A DNA stretch of 64,000 nt from Alphaproteobacteria bacterium (GCA_965242855.1 OZ251509.1:126869-190868), one strand, 5' to 3'; positions 30,926-40,988 are shown, counted from the first letter of the stretch. The notes: generated by a model not told the origin, from the letters alone. Numbers and translations: made by a program.

Positions 30926-31741
30926 TCACTCGGGGACCAGCCCGCAGCTGACGCCGCCGTCGATGGGAAGCGCGATCCCGGTGATCCACGCGGCCTCGTC
31001 CGAAGCGAGATAGACGAAGCCGCCGGCGACTGAGGCCGGGTCGCCCACGCCGAGAGGATGGAGCTTCTCGAGCCGCGCCGCGAACCCCTCCGGATCGTCG
31101 AGTTGGGAGAGATGGTATTCGACCATCGGCGTCCGCACCCAGCCGGGGCAGATGCAATTGACCCGGATGCGGTCCCTGGCACCGTCCAGCGCCAGGCATT
31201 TCGTCAGCGTGACGACGGCGCCCTTGGAGGTTCCGTAGGCCACCTGCCCGGGGGTTCCGATCAGCCCGGCGATCGAGGCGGTGTTCAGGATCGCGCCGCC
31301 GCCGCGCGCGCGCATGTGGCCCCAGATCGCCTTGGCCGTCCGGTAGATGCTGGTGACGTTGACGTCGAGCTGGCGGTCCCAGTCCGCGCGCGCCACGTCC
31401 TCCGCTGTGCCGATCACCGCTTGGCCGGCGTTGTTGATCAGGATGTCGACATGGCCGAGCGCCTCGATCGCACCGACGACGAGCGCCGCCACGTCGTCGT
31501 CCTGCGTGACGTCGGCCTCGATGGGGAAGGCGGCGCCGCCCCGGTCCTCGATCGCGCGCGCGGTGGCGGCGTTGTCTTCGGCGCTGAGGCCCGCGCAGAC
31601 GACCGCCGCGCCCTCCCGCGCGAAGCGCTCCGCCGTCGCCCGGCCGATGCCGGAGCCGGCGCCGGTGACGATCGCCGTCTTGCCCGCGAGCCGCCGCGTC
31701 TCCGGCGCCTGTCGCTCGCCCCCGCAATCGCGCGTCGACAT
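30926..31741 (-). CDS. SDR-family oxidoreductase
   Basis: TGAGSGIGRA (TGxxxGxG), NNAG, YGTSK catalytic triad; start MSTRDCGG. Confidence 0.85.
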   Translation of the reverse strand: MSTRDCGGERQAPETRRLAGKTAIVTGAGSGIGRATAERFAREGAAVVCAGLSAEDNAATARAIEDRGGAAFPIEADVTQDDDVAALVVGAIEALGHVDILINNAGQAVIGTAEDVARADWDRQLDVNVTSIYRTAKAIWGHMRARGGGAILNTASIAGLIGTPGQVAYGTSKGAVVTLTKCLALDGARDRIRVNCICPGWVRTPMVEYHLSQLDDPEGFAARLEKLHPLGVGDPASVAGGFVYLASDEAAWITGIALPIDGGVSCGLVPE

Positions 31742-31809
31742 GGCCCCTCCCCGGCCCCGGACCATAGCGGCCTCCTCACCGGCCGGCAAAGCCCCACCGG
31801 CGCAAGGTA

Positions 31810-32439
31810 TTACCGGCCGCCGCCCAGTTCGGTGAACGCGGCGGGGAATTCGTCCCTGCTGAACACCAGCCGGAAGGTGCCCTTGGTCGGGCCGGCGCGC
31901 ACGGTCATCGTGCTGCAGTTGAACGCGCCCTGGAGGGTGTCCAGCACGCGCTTCTTGTATTCGGTCTCGGCGTTGTCGAGATGGACGCCCTTGGTCTCGG
32001 ACACCGGCACGTGCGGCTTACCCTCGGATTCCCCGGCAAGCGCCACGAAATCGGGCCAGATGCGGTCGCGCTTCCAACCCTTCAGACAGTAATCGCCGCC
32101 TTGGCGCGCGGCCACGCGATGCCACCATCGCAACGCTTTCTGTTCGTCGAGATAGCGCGCGAAATTGCGCTCCAGGTTGGAAGCGAACTGGTGCATGAGG
32201 ACCAGCTCGAACGGGTTGAGTTGCGGGGGTTCGCCGGTGCTCCGGGCGAGCGGGCCCGTGTCCTCGGGCACGACGATTTCGTATGTCTCGACCATGCGGA
32301 AATTGTACAGGCCCGCATTGAGATCGAAGCGGATGTCGCCCCGCCCGAGCTTGTCGCGGAAGATGCGCTCCGCCCGCCTTTCGACTTCGCCGCCTGCCAA
32401 GTGTTCGGAATCGTGTCCGACAGGCGGCGGACGAACCAT
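31810..32439 (-). pseudogene. Possible 5'-truncated restriction-enzyme nuclease-domain fragment (PD-(D/E)xK-like; resembles C-terminal regions of type III/ISP Res subunits)
   Basis: …KALRWWHRVAARQGGDYCLKGWKRDRIWPDFVALAGESEGKPHVPVSETKG… contains D…PD-x17-E-x-K pattern; no plausible N-terminal domain or upstream partner before the divergent SDR gene at 32612. Confidence 0.3.
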
Positions 32440-32611
32440 GACAGCCGGACCGTCTTGTCGATCTCCAGCATGCGGTCGGCATGACGGCCCCTCCCTTCGG
32501 CGCCGACGACCGTAGCCGCTTGCTCACGCCCGGCAACGGGAACGCGAACAAAAGAGAAAATTTCCCGCAGGCGCGGTCGACTCGAGGGCGGGGAAGGCGA
32601 TAGGGTGGGGC

Positions 32612-33427
32612 ATGAGGCTGCGCGAGAAGCGCGCGATCGTGACCGGCGGCGGACGCGGCATCGGCCGTGAAATCGGCCGCCGTTTCGCGGCCGAGGGCGC
32701 GCATGTCCTGCTCGCCGACATCGACGGCGCGCGCGCGGCGGCCGCAGCCGCGGAGATCACGGAGGCGGGAGGGCAGGCCGATGCGTGCGCGGCCGACCTC
32801 GGCGCGGTCGCGGGCGCCGACCGCCTGTTCGAGGCGGCGCGCGCCTCCTTCGACGGGCGGCTCGACATCCTGATCAACAACGCCGGGATCGCCCATCACG
32901 GCGCCTTCCTGGAGCTCTCCCTGGAGGACTGGGAGCGGGTCTTGCGCAACAACCTGACCAGCGCCTTCCTCTGCGCCCAGCGGGCGGCGCGGGTCATGGC
33001 GGCGCACGGGGACGGCGGGCGGATCGTCAACATCGGCTCGATCTCCGGGCAGCGCGGCAGCTACGGGCGCACGGCCTACGGCGTCGCCAAGGCCGGCCTC
33101 CACCAGATGACGCGGATCATGGCGGTCGAGCTGGGCCCGCGGAACATCGCCGTCAACGCCATCGCGCCCGGCCCCATCGACACCGGCATCACCAGCTTCG
33201 GCCCCGACCAGGAGCGCCGCTACCTGGAGCGCATCCCGCTCGAACGCTTCGGCCAGGCCCCCGACATAGCCGGCGCGGCGCTGTTCCTCGCGAGCGGCGA
33301 CGCGGCCTACGTCACCGGCGCCGTGGTGAACGTGGACGGCGGCTTCGACGCGGCGGGGCTGATCTTCAGCTATGCCGAGCTGACCACCGTCAAGAGCGAC
33401 GTCCGCGACCCGGCGAAGAGCGACTGA
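32612..33427 (+). CDS. SDR-family oxidoreductase
   Basis: VTGGGRGIGREIG, NNAG, YGVAKAG motifs. Confidence 0.85.
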   Translation: MRLREKRAIVTGGGRGIGREIGRRFAAEGAHVLLADIDGARAAAAAAEITEAGGQADACAADLGAVAGADRLFEAARASFDGRLDILINNAGIAHHGAFLELSLEDWERVLRNNLTSAFLCAQRAARVMAAHGDGGRIVNIGSISGQRGSYGRTAYGVAKAGLHQMTRIMAVELGPRNIAVNAIAPGPIDTGITSFGPDQERRYLERIPLERFGQAPDIAGAALFLASGDAAYVTGAVVNVDGGFDAAGLIFSYAELTTVKSDVRDPAKSD

Positions 33428-34179
33428 TGCGTGTCGCCGAAAGCGTCGCCCTCGTCACCGGCGCCGCCGGCGGCATCGGCCGCGCCCTGGTGGCGGAACT
33501 GACGACGCGGCGCGCCCACCGCATCCTCGCCGCCGACCTGCCGGGGCCGCTGGCCGAGGCGGCGTTCCCGGCGGGAGGCCCGGTCGAACCGCTCGCCCTC
33601 GACGTGACGGACGAGGCGGCCGCGCGCGCCGCCGCGGCCGCCCATCCCGGCGTCACGCTGGTGGTCAACAACGCCGCGATCGTGCATTTCGAGGGGATCG
33701 TCGGCGCCTCGCGCCTCGCCCGGGCGCGCGCCCTGTTCGAGGTCAATTTCTGGGGCTGCCTCCACATGGCCCGCGCCTTCGCCCCGGTGCTGGCGCGGAA
33801 CGGCGGCGGCGCCCTGGTCAACGTGCTCTCCGAGGTGGCGCGGGCAAGCGCGCCGTTCGTCGGGCCCTATTCCGCGAGCAAGGCCGCGGCGTGGTCGGCG
33901 ACCCAGGCCATGCGGGCCGAGCTCCGCGCGCAAGGCACCCATGTGCTCGCCGTCTTCCCGAGCTCCACCGACACGCCCATGCTGGCCGGCATCGGCGGCG
34001 ACAAGCAGCCGCCGGAGGCGGTGGCGCGCGGCCTGCTCGACGCGCTGGAGGAGGGGAAGGAGGACGTCTCGATCGGCGCCCACTCGGTCGAGATCGAGGC
34101 GACGATGCGGCGCGACCCGAAGGCGGTCGAGCGCGAATTCGCGGCCTTCCTCCCCGGCGCGCCGGCCATCCCCGATTAG
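33427..34179 (+). CDS. SDR-family oxidoreductase (second, translationally coupled; stop/start TGATG)
   Basis: VTGAAGGIGRAL, NNAA, YSASKAA motifs. Confidence 0.8.
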   Translation: MRVAESVALVTGAAGGIGRALVAELTTRRAHRILAADLPGPLAEAAFPAGGPVEPLALDVTDEAAARAAAAAHPGVTLVVNNAAIVHFEGIVGASRLARARALFEVNFWGCLHMARAFAPVLARNGGGALVNVLSEVARASAPFVGPYSASKAAAWSATQAMRAELRAQGTHVLAVFPSSTDTPMLAGIGGDKQPPEAVARGLLDALEEGKEDVSIGAHSVEIEATMRRDPKAVEREFAAFLPGAPAIPD

Positions 34180-34191
34180 GGACGGCGCGCT

Positions 34192-36168
34192 CTACAGCGC
34201 CAGGGCGGCCCGGTGGCCGTCGTGGATCGCCGAGGCCGCATCGCGCGGCAACAGGCAATCGCCGATGCGGCGCACCGGGAATCCCGCCGCCTCCAGCGCG
34301 CCGGCGAGGCCGTCGCGAGCGATTCGCGGAGTGGCATAGGCCAGCAGGGCCACGTCCTCGACGGTGGTTTCGGCGCCGGTGAGCACGTGGCGGCAGGCGA
34401 CGCGGCCTCCCTTCCGCGCCACCGGCTCCGTCAGCCGCCGCACGTCGACCTCGAGCCGGGCCAGGCGCCGGTCCACGCCCAGGCGGGACATCAGGTTGAC
34501 GGCGCGGGCGATCTCGGCGGCAGGGGTCAGCAGCACGACGCGCGCGAAGCGCCGGGCCAGCAGGTCGACCGCCGCGTAACAGGCGGGAGTCTGGTCCATG
34601 TCGAGCAGCACGGCCGTGCCGGGCGCCGGCGGTGCGCCGGCGGCGTCCGCGTGGGCGAGGCTCTCGACGGCGCGCCGCAGGTCGACCGCCTCCACCTCCT
34701 CCGCCAGCGCCGGCGGCCGGCGCATCGCGGCGCCCGTCGCCAGCACCACCGCGTCCGGCGCGAAGGCCCGCAGCGAATCGACCGTGGCCGTTTCGCCCAG
34801 GCGGAAAACGACGCCCGCCTCGATCGCCCGTTCGTGTTGGAAGGCCGCCGTCCCCGCCACCTCGGCCCGGCCCGGCAGGCGCGCTTCGAGCCGCGCCGCG
34901 CCGCCCGGCTCCCCGCCCGCCGAGAAGACGGTCACCGCGTGGCCGCGCGCCGCCGCGGTCCAGGCCGCCTCCAGGCCCGCGAGGCCGGCGCCGACCACCG
35001 CCACCCGCCGCCGCGCCGTCGCCCGCGGCGGCCGCCAGCCCGCCTCGTCCGCGCCGGCCAGCACCGGGTTCTGGAAGCAGCGGATGGGCCGGCCGGCGTG
35101 GATCTCGCCCCAGCAGTAGTTGCAATAGGTGCAGCGGCGGATCGCGCCGGCGCGGCCGGTGCGCGTCTTGCGCGGCCAGTCGGCGTCGGAGATCAGCGCG
35201 CGGCTGAAGCCCACCAGGTCGCAGGCCCCGGCCGCCAGCGCCGCCGCCGCCGCCTCGGCCGATTCGATGCGGCCCAGCGCGATCGTCGGGAGCCCGCCGG
35301 CGGCTTCGCGCAGCCGCGCGTGCAGCGCGAGGAAGGGCCGGGGCGGGTAGTGCATGTCCGGCAGGTGCGAATCGAATTGAGGACCGAAGGCGCCCTGGCT
35401 GAAGCAGAGATAGTCGAGGACGCCGTCCGCGACGGCGGCGCGGGCGATGCGCGCGGCCTCGTCCGGGTCGATCCCGCCCGGCAGCTTCTCGTCGGCCGGG
35501 AGCTTGATGCCGACGACGAAGCCGGCGCCGCAGGCGGCGCGGACGGCGGCCAGCACCTCGCGCATGAAGCGGGTGCGGCCCGCGAAGCCGCCGCCGTAGC
35601 CGTCCGTCCGGTCGTTGCAGGCGGGCGAGAGGAACTGCGCGATGAGGTAGCCGTGGGCGCCGTGCAGCTCGACTCCGCCGAAGCCCGCGCGTTGCAGGCG
35701 CAGGGCGCTCTCGGCGTAGCCGGCGACGATGCCCGGGATTTCCATCTCGGCCAGCGGGCGGGCGGCGTTCCAGTAGAGCGCCTCCGGCCGCGCGGAGGCC
35801 CCCACCGGCACCGAATCGAGGCCCCAGAGCTGCTGGCGCCCGATATGGCCGAGCTGGCCTATCAGCAGGCAGCCCGCGCCTGCGACCGCCGCCGCCCAGC
35901 GCGCGAAGCCGTCGTCATTGGCCGCGTCGTGGGCGCTCACCAGAATCGGCGCGCCGCTGCTCGTCGGATGCACGTTGAGGAGCTCGCTCACGATCATCGC
36001 CGCCCCGCCCTCGGCGCGCGCCCGGTGGTAGGCGATCAGGCGATCCGTGACCATGCGCCCGCGCCCGAGGCCGGTCACGGTGGCGGTGTGGACGATGCGG
36101 TTGCGCAGCCGGCGGCGCCCCAGGGCGAGGGGGCTGAACAGCGTCTCGAACGCGGAGGCGGCCGCCAT
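34192..36168 (-). CDS. 2,4-dienoyl-CoA reductase-like OYE/FAD/NAD(P) oxidoreductase with [4Fe-4S] motif
   Basis: 658 aa; OYE barrel (…HGAHGYLIAQFLSPACNDRTDGYGG…), CTYCNYCWGEIHAGRPIRCFQNP (C-x2-C-x2-C-x11-C), Rossmann VVGAGLAGLEAA. Confidence 0.8.
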   Translation of the reverse strand: MAAASAFETLFSPLALGRRRLRNRIVHTATVTGLGRGRMVTDRLIAYHRARAEGGAAMIVSELLNVHPTSSGAPILVSAHDAANDDGFARWAAAVAGAGCLLIGQLGHIGRQQLWGLDSVPVGASARPEALYWNAARPLAEMEIPGIVAGYAESALRLQRAGFGGVELHGAHGYLIAQFLSPACNDRTDGYGGGFAGRTRFMREVLAAVRAACGAGFVVGIKLPADEKLPGGIDPDEAARIARAAVADGVLDYLCFSQGAFGPQFDSHLPDMHYPPRPFLALHARLREAAGGLPTIALGRIESAEAAAAALAAGACDLVGFSRALISDADWPRKTRTGRAGAIRRCTYCNYCWGEIHAGRPIRCFQNPVLAGADEAGWRPPRATARRRVAVVGAGLAGLEAAWTAAARGHAVTVFSAGGEPGGAARLEARLPGRAEVAGTAAFQHERAIEAGVVFRLGETATVDSLRAFAPDAVVLATGAAMRRPPALAEEVEAVDLRRAVESLAHADAAGAPPAPGTAVLLDMDQTPACYAAVDLLARRFARVVLLTPAAEIARAVNLMSRLGVDRRLARLEVDVRRLTEPVARKGGRVACRHVLTGAETTVEDVALLAYATPRIARDGLAGALEAAGFPVRRIGDCLLPRDAASAIHDGHRAALAL

Positions 36169-36212
36169 GCGGCGACGCTATGTCTCCGCCCCGCCGGCCG
36201 CAACCGCAGCCG

Positions 36213-36420
36213 CCGCTTTCGCGGGAATGACGGGGCCCCGCCTCCGCCGTCGGGTTCGTCCTCGCGCCCCCTTCGAACCCGCGGCGTCGCGCCTCCCCCC
36301 ACCGCGCACCAATCGGGACGTTTCCCCCGCTTTCGCGGGAACAGGCTCCGCAGGCGCGGACCGTCATTTCCGCGAAAGTGGGAATCCATCTCCCTCGCTG
36401 CGCCATGTTGCAAACCGAGG
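36213..36420. repeat. Second locus of the palindromic REP-like repeat family plus partial promoter-like module
   Basis: ccgctttcgcgggaatgacgg (36213-36233), tttcccccgctttcgcgggaacagg (36321-36345), cgtcatttccgcgaaagtgggaatcc (36362-36387), catgttgcaaaccgagg (36404-36420); near-identical to units at 16855-17023. Confidence 0.6.
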
Positions 36421-36849
36421 CACTGCCCACACATGACGACAGGGGTAATATGGCGCGATGAAGACGTTCCTCGACATCCACGACGACCCGCGCACGGGCG
36501 GCGGCGCCGTCGAACCGGATGATCGGTGAAGCCGCCGGTTTCATGGGCTTCCTGCAACGCTTCGCGCGCCGCCCGCCTGTCGTGGGCGATGCCGTTCACG
36601 CCGCCCGCAACGCGGCGGTCTGCGTCGCGCATGGCGCCGAGGCGCTGCTCGCGCGGGACCGCGATTTCCCGTCGGGCGCGCGTTCGAGGCTGGCGGGCGC
36701 CTTGGGACCCGGCGCCCGTCAATCGCGCGCTGTGGGCGCTCCCTGGCGCGGCCCGGCCGCTTCGAGGCGGTGCGGACATTGCGCCGCGTGGGCGGGTGGC
36801 TTGACAATCGGCGCGCGCCGTTCAATCGAACCTTGAAGGGAACCCCGCG

Positions 36850-37782
36850 ATGAACCGCTGGCTTGCCTTGATCATGCTTTGCGGCGCCCTGGCGTTGCCG
36901 GCGCTTCCCGTTCACGCCGACGCGACGGGCGATTTGTTCGAGGCGGCGGAAAGCGGAACCGCTTCCGAAGTGAAGGCCGCGCTCGCTGCCGGCGCGGACC
37001 CCGGCGCGCGCGATAATATCGGCGAAACGCCGCTTCACGCGGCGGCGGGGAACAATGCCAACCCTTCCGTGATTACGGCGTTGATCGAAGGCGGTGCGGA
37101 CCCCGGCGCGCGTGGCAAATTCGGCTACACGCCGCTTCATGATGCGGCGCAAGCCAATTCCAACCCTTCCGTGATAGCGGCATTGATCGAAGGCGGCGCG
37201 GACCTCGGCGCGCGCATGGAAGACGGCGACATGCCACTTCACTTGGCGGCGACGTTCAATTCCAACCCTTCCGTGATAGCGGCGTTGATAGAAGCTGGTG
37301 CGAACCCCGGCGCGCGCAACGAAGACGGCGCAACGCCGCTTCACTTGGCGGCGGGGAACAGTGCTTTCGCCATCAAGGCGTTGATCGAAGGCGGTGCGGA
37401 CCCCGGCGCGCGTAACAAAAAGGGCGAAACGCCGCTTCATAAGGCGATGCGCACTCCCTACCTAATCGTCCGGTTCTTGATTGAGGAGTTGATCGAAGAA
37501 GGCATGTACCAAACCGAACTTTCCGTGTTCCTTTCCGGGGTAGCGGCGTTGATCGAAGCTGGTGCCGACCCAGACGCGCGCAACGAAGACGGCGCAACGC
37601 CGCTTCACTTGGCGGCGGCATACCATTCCAACCCTTCCGCGATTGAGGCGTTGATCAAGTACGGCGCGAACCCCGGCGCGCGTGATTACGACGGCTTCAC
37701 TCCCTTCGATTATGCGCAAGAGAACGACGCCTTGAAGGGAACCGAAGCCTACTGGCTATTGAACGAAGGCCGGTTCGAGTAG
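36850..37782 (+). CDS. Secreted ankyrin-repeat protein (about 7 ANK repeats, Sec signal peptide)
   Basis: MNRWLALIMLCGALALPALPVHA signal; repeated G-TPLH-AA…NPSVI-ALIE-GADPGAR units; nucleotide-level near-tandem repeats. Confidence 0.85.
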   Translation: MNRWLALIMLCGALALPALPVHADATGDLFEAAESGTASEVKAALAAGADPGARDNIGETPLHAAAGNNANPSVITALIEGGADPGARGKFGYTPLHDAAQANSNPSVIAALIEGGADLGARMEDGDMPLHLAATFNSNPSVIAALIEAGANPGARNEDGATPLHLAAGNSAFAIKALIEGGADPGARNKKGETPLHKAMRTPYLIVRFLIEELIEEGMYQTELSVFLSGVAALIEAGADPDARNEDGATPLHLAAAYHSNPSAIEALIKYGANPGARDYDGFTPFDYAQENDALKGTEAYWLLNEGRFE

Positions 37783-37962
37783 GGTGGCGTTCTCCGGCGG
37801 TCCTGGCGTGAACAGGGCTTCAAGGCACCCGGCCTGCGGTGCCGGTGCGGCCGCTTCGAGGCTGGCGGTGTGGACGTCGTTTCCGGAACTGCGGACGCGC
37901 GACCCGTTCGCGGCCGCATGACGGCGGTGCCGGGAGCCGGCGCGGCGGACGCGGGAGGGGGC

Positions 37963-39636
37963 ATGGACTGCGATTTCGTCGTCGTCGGCGGGGGCACGGC
38001 GGGGTGCGTGCTGGCGCACCGCCTCTCGGCCGACCCGGCGAACCGGGTGACGCTGATCGAGGCCGGCGGCGAGGCGCGCCATCCGGCGATCCGCGTCCCG
38101 CTGATGGCGGGATACGTCTATTTCCTGCGTTCGATCAACTGGAATTACGAGAGCGCGCCCGAGCCCCATCTCGACGGCCGCCGCATCCCCTGGCCGCGCG
38201 GCAAGGTGCTGGGCGGCACCTCGGCGATCAACGGCATGATGTACATGCGCGGCAACCGCCGCGACTACGACGACTGGCGCCGCCGCGGCCTCGAGGGCTG
38301 GGACTACGCGAGCGTGCTCCCCTACTTCAAGCGCGCCGAGGGGCACGGCGCGCGCCGCGACGCCTATCACGGGACGGACGGGCCGCTCGGCGTCGAGCAG
38401 GCGCGCGCGGACAACCCGCTCTACGCGGTCTTCCTGCGCGCCTGCGCGGAACTCGGCCTGCCGCGCAACGACGACTTCAACGGCGCGACGCAGGAGGGCG
38501 TGGGCCGGCAGGATTTCTGCTACCGCCGCGGGCGGCGGGAGGACGCGGGCCATGCCTTCCTGCGGCCGGTGCGCCGGCGCCCCAATCTGCGGGTGCTGAC
38601 CCGCGCCCACGCCGAGCGCCTGCTCTTCGAGGGCCGCCGCGTCACGGGCGTCGCCTGCCGGCGGCGCGGGCGGGCCTGCGCGGTGCGCGCCCGCCGCGCG
38701 GTGGTGCTCGCCTGCGGCACCGTCGGCTCGCCGGCGCTGCTGCAACGCTCGGGTCTCGGCGCACCGGCGCATCTCCGGCCGCTCGGCATCCCCGTCGTCG
38801 CCGAAAGCCCGGAGGTAGGGCGCAACCTGCAGGACCACGCGGGCGTCTACGTCCAATACGCCTGCACGCGGCCGGTCACGCTCTACGGCCTGATGCGCCC
38901 CGACCGGGCGGCCTTGGCCTGCCTGCGCGCTTGGCTCTTCGGCGCCGGCCCGGGCGCCTCGGTCGCGCTGGAGGCCGGCGGCTTCGCCCGCTCGCGCGAG
39001 GGGCTGGAGGCGCCGGACCTGCAACTCACCTTCCTGCCCGGCCTCACGCTCGACGTGACGCGCGCGAAGCAGGGCCGCCACGGCTTCCTCGTCCATTGCT
39101 ACCAGCTCCGCCCCGAGAGCCGCGGCGCGATCCACATCGTCTCCGCCGCCCCGGACGCCGCCCCGGAGATTCGTCCGGACACGCTGGGCGCCGACGCCGA
39201 CCGCCGCGTGGCCCGCGACGCCGTCCGCCTGGCGCGCCGGATCGTGAACGGGGCGCCGTTCGCCCCGTGGCGCGGCGCGGAGATCGCGCCGGGCGCGGGC
39301 GTCCGCACGGACGCGGAGATCGACGCCTGGGTGCGCGGCAACCTCACCACCGTCTGGCACCCGGTCGGCACCTGCCGCATGGGCGCGGACGCGGGCGCCG
39401 TGGTGGACGCGGCCCTCCGGGTGCGCGGCGTCGAGGGGCTGTTCGTGGCGGACGCCTCCGTCATGCCGGCGATCCCCAGCGGCAACACCGCCGCGCCGAC
39501 GATGATGATCGCCGAGAAGGCCGCCGACGCGATCCTCGGCAAGCCGCCGCTCCCGCCGGAGGACCCGGCGGCGCCACCGGCGCGCGCCGAACGAGGAGCG
39601 GTCACGCCTCGGGACGGGCGCCGAAGAGGAGGGTGA
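37963..39636 (+). CDS. GMC-family FAD oxidoreductase (choline dehydrogenase-like)
   Basis: MDCDFVVVGGGTAGCVLAHRLS (GxGxxG), GMC signature …GKVLGGTSAINGMMYMRG…, C-terminal …WHPVGTCRMG…; start chosen at MDCDF (alternatives 37870/37918). Confidence 0.85.
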   Translation: MDCDFVVVGGGTAGCVLAHRLSADPANRVTLIEAGGEARHPAIRVPLMAGYVYFLRSINWNYESAPEPHLDGRRIPWPRGKVLGGTSAINGMMYMRGNRRDYDDWRRRGLEGWDYASVLPYFKRAEGHGARRDAYHGTDGPLGVEQARADNPLYAVFLRACAELGLPRNDDFNGATQEGVGRQDFCYRRGRREDAGHAFLRPVRRRPNLRVLTRAHAERLLFEGRRVTGVACRRRGRACAVRARRAVVLACGTVGSPALLQRSGLGAPAHLRPLGIPVVAESPEVGRNLQDHAGVYVQYACTRPVTLYGLMRPDRAALACLRAWLFGAGPGASVALEAGGFARSREGLEAPDLQLTFLPGLTLDVTRAKQGRHGFLVHCYQLRPESRGAIHIVSAAPDAAPEIRPDTLGADADRRVARDAVRLARRIVNGAPFAPWRGAEIAPGAGVRTDAEIDAWVRGNLTTVWHPVGTCRMGADAGAVVDAALRVRGVEGLFVADASVMPAIPSGNTAAPTMMIAEKAADAILGKPPLPPEDPAAPPARAERGAVTPRDGRRRGG

Positions 39637-40969
39637 CGTTGATCCGCCGGTTGGCGTAGCCGGGGCGGAAGCGGACGGCGCCGCTTTCGTGAATCAGGCT
39701 GGAATCGAAGATCACCGCGCGGTTGCAGCGGTAGGGCACGCGCACCGCCGCCCTGCCGGCTACGCGGCGCTCCAGCGGCGCCGGGTCCAGGTTGTAGTCC
39801 GCGAAGCGCCAGCCCGGCGGCACCGCCGCGTCGTACACCACCAGCCCCGAGCGCGCCGGGTCGAGGCAGGCCTCGTCCGGCGTGATCCAGAGATTGACGT
39901 TGACGGCCGCCGCGTCCGCGTGCTTGCGGGTGCCGCCGCCGTCCTGGCCGTATTTGAACGCCCACGCCTGGAGCGGCCGGTGCCCGCCGAAGATTCGCGG
40001 CAGCCGTTCGCCGAGCGCGCGGGCGAGGGCGAGCACGACCGGGTGGTCGAAGCCCTCGTGCAGATAGGCGCCCAGATAGCCGCCGTGCTCCTTGCAGTCG
40101 AACCAGATCGTCGCCTCCAGGCAGAAGCGCCGGAGGGCGGCCAGGGCCGGCGCGCTCAACAGGCCGTCCACCACGACGAGGGCGGGCGCGGCGGAGGCGT
40201 AACGCCGCTGGATAGCCGCCGCGTCGAGGCCCGGATCGAGGACGGGGGAGACGGCCGCCTCCGGCGGGCGGTGGATCAGACGGTTGAAGAAAGGCCCGAT
40301 CAGGTGCCGCTCCTCCGCGTCGAGCGCGCGCGGGGCCGCAGGCGCCTGCGCGCCGCCGAAGCCCGCGAGCACCCGGCGGAGGCCGTCCCGCGCCTCGGCG
40401 AGCGCCGGCGCCGCCCGGCCCCGCGCCAGCAGATGGTCGAGCTGTTCCAGGTCGTGTTCGAGCTTGGCGCGCGAGGCGGCGCGGAAGGTCGCCTCCTGCA
40501 CCGGGTCGAGGACCGGCGCCGCCGCCCCGGCGCCGTCCCGCCGGGGGAAGCCGCGATGCAGCGCGAGCGCCGAGCGGAACCACTTCACGGCCTCTTCCAG
40601 CCGCCCCCGCCGCTTGAGGACCGTCCCGAGATTGACGCGGGCGGCGAGCGAGCCCGGCGCCAGCGCCAGCGCGCTCCGGAAGGCCCGCTCGGCCGCCGCG
40701 TCGTCGCCCTGCCCGAGCGCGAGATTACCCAGGGCGATGCGCAGCCCCGCCTTGCCGGGCGCGAGGGAGACGGCGGTCTCGAAGGCGCTCCGCGCCCGGT
40801 CGAGCGCGCCCCGGTCGGCGGCGACGAGGCCGCGGACGTAATGCGCGCCCGCGTCGCGCGGGTCGCGGGCGAGGGCCGCGCCGGCGAGCGCCTCCGCCTC
40901 GTCCCCCCGGCCCGCCTGCCAGGCGGCGAACGCCGCGCATCGGGCGCGCACCGCCCGCCCGCCTTGCAT
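39602..40969 (-). CDS. TPR-repeat protein with C-terminal putative 2OG-Fe(II)-oxygenase/cupin-like domain; start uncertain (40969 or 41014)
   Basis: TPR-like helices (AHYVRGLVAADRGALDRARSAFETAVSLAP…); C-terminal …KHADAAAVNVNLWI…IFDSSLIHESG… with H-x-D…H arrangement; opposite-strand ORF 39689..41026 rejected. Confidence 0.5.
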   Translation of the reverse strand: MQGGRAVRARCAAFAAWQAGRGDEAEALAGAALARDPRDAGAHYVRGLVAADRGALDRARSAFETAVSLAPGKAGLRIALGNLALGQGDDAAAERAFRSALALAPGSLAARVNLGTVLKRRGRLEEAVKWFRSALALHRGFPRRDGAGAAAPVLDPVQEATFRAASRAKLEHDLEQLDHLLARGRAAPALAEARDGLRRVLAGFGGAQAPAAPRALDAEERHLIGPFFNRLIHRPPEAAVSPVLDPGLDAAAIQRRYASAAPALVVVDGLLSAPALAALRRFCLEATIWFDCKEHGGYLGAYLHEGFDHPVVLALARALGERLPRIFGGHRPLQAWAFKYGQDGGGTRKHADAAAVNVNLWITPDEACLDPARSGLVVYDAAVPPGWRFADYNLDPAPLERRVAGRAAVRVPYRCNRAVIFDSSLIHESGAVRFRPGYANRRINVTLLFGARPEA

Positions 40970-40988
40970 ATGGCGCCCGGGCGGCCGC

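Noticed and set aside
36799-36835. TTGACA…TTCAAT promoter-like hexamers upstream of the ankyrin gene
   Set aside because: Spacing (14 nt) is off for sigma70. Not reported as a feature.
36541-37719. Minus-strand ORFs (299 aa, 85 aa) with internally repeated sequence opposite the ankyrin gene; also considered as a possible CRISPR-like array
   Set aside because: Reverse-strand reading of the ANK repeat DNA. The repeats are about 99 nt protein-coding ANK units without unique spacers, so not a CRISPR array.
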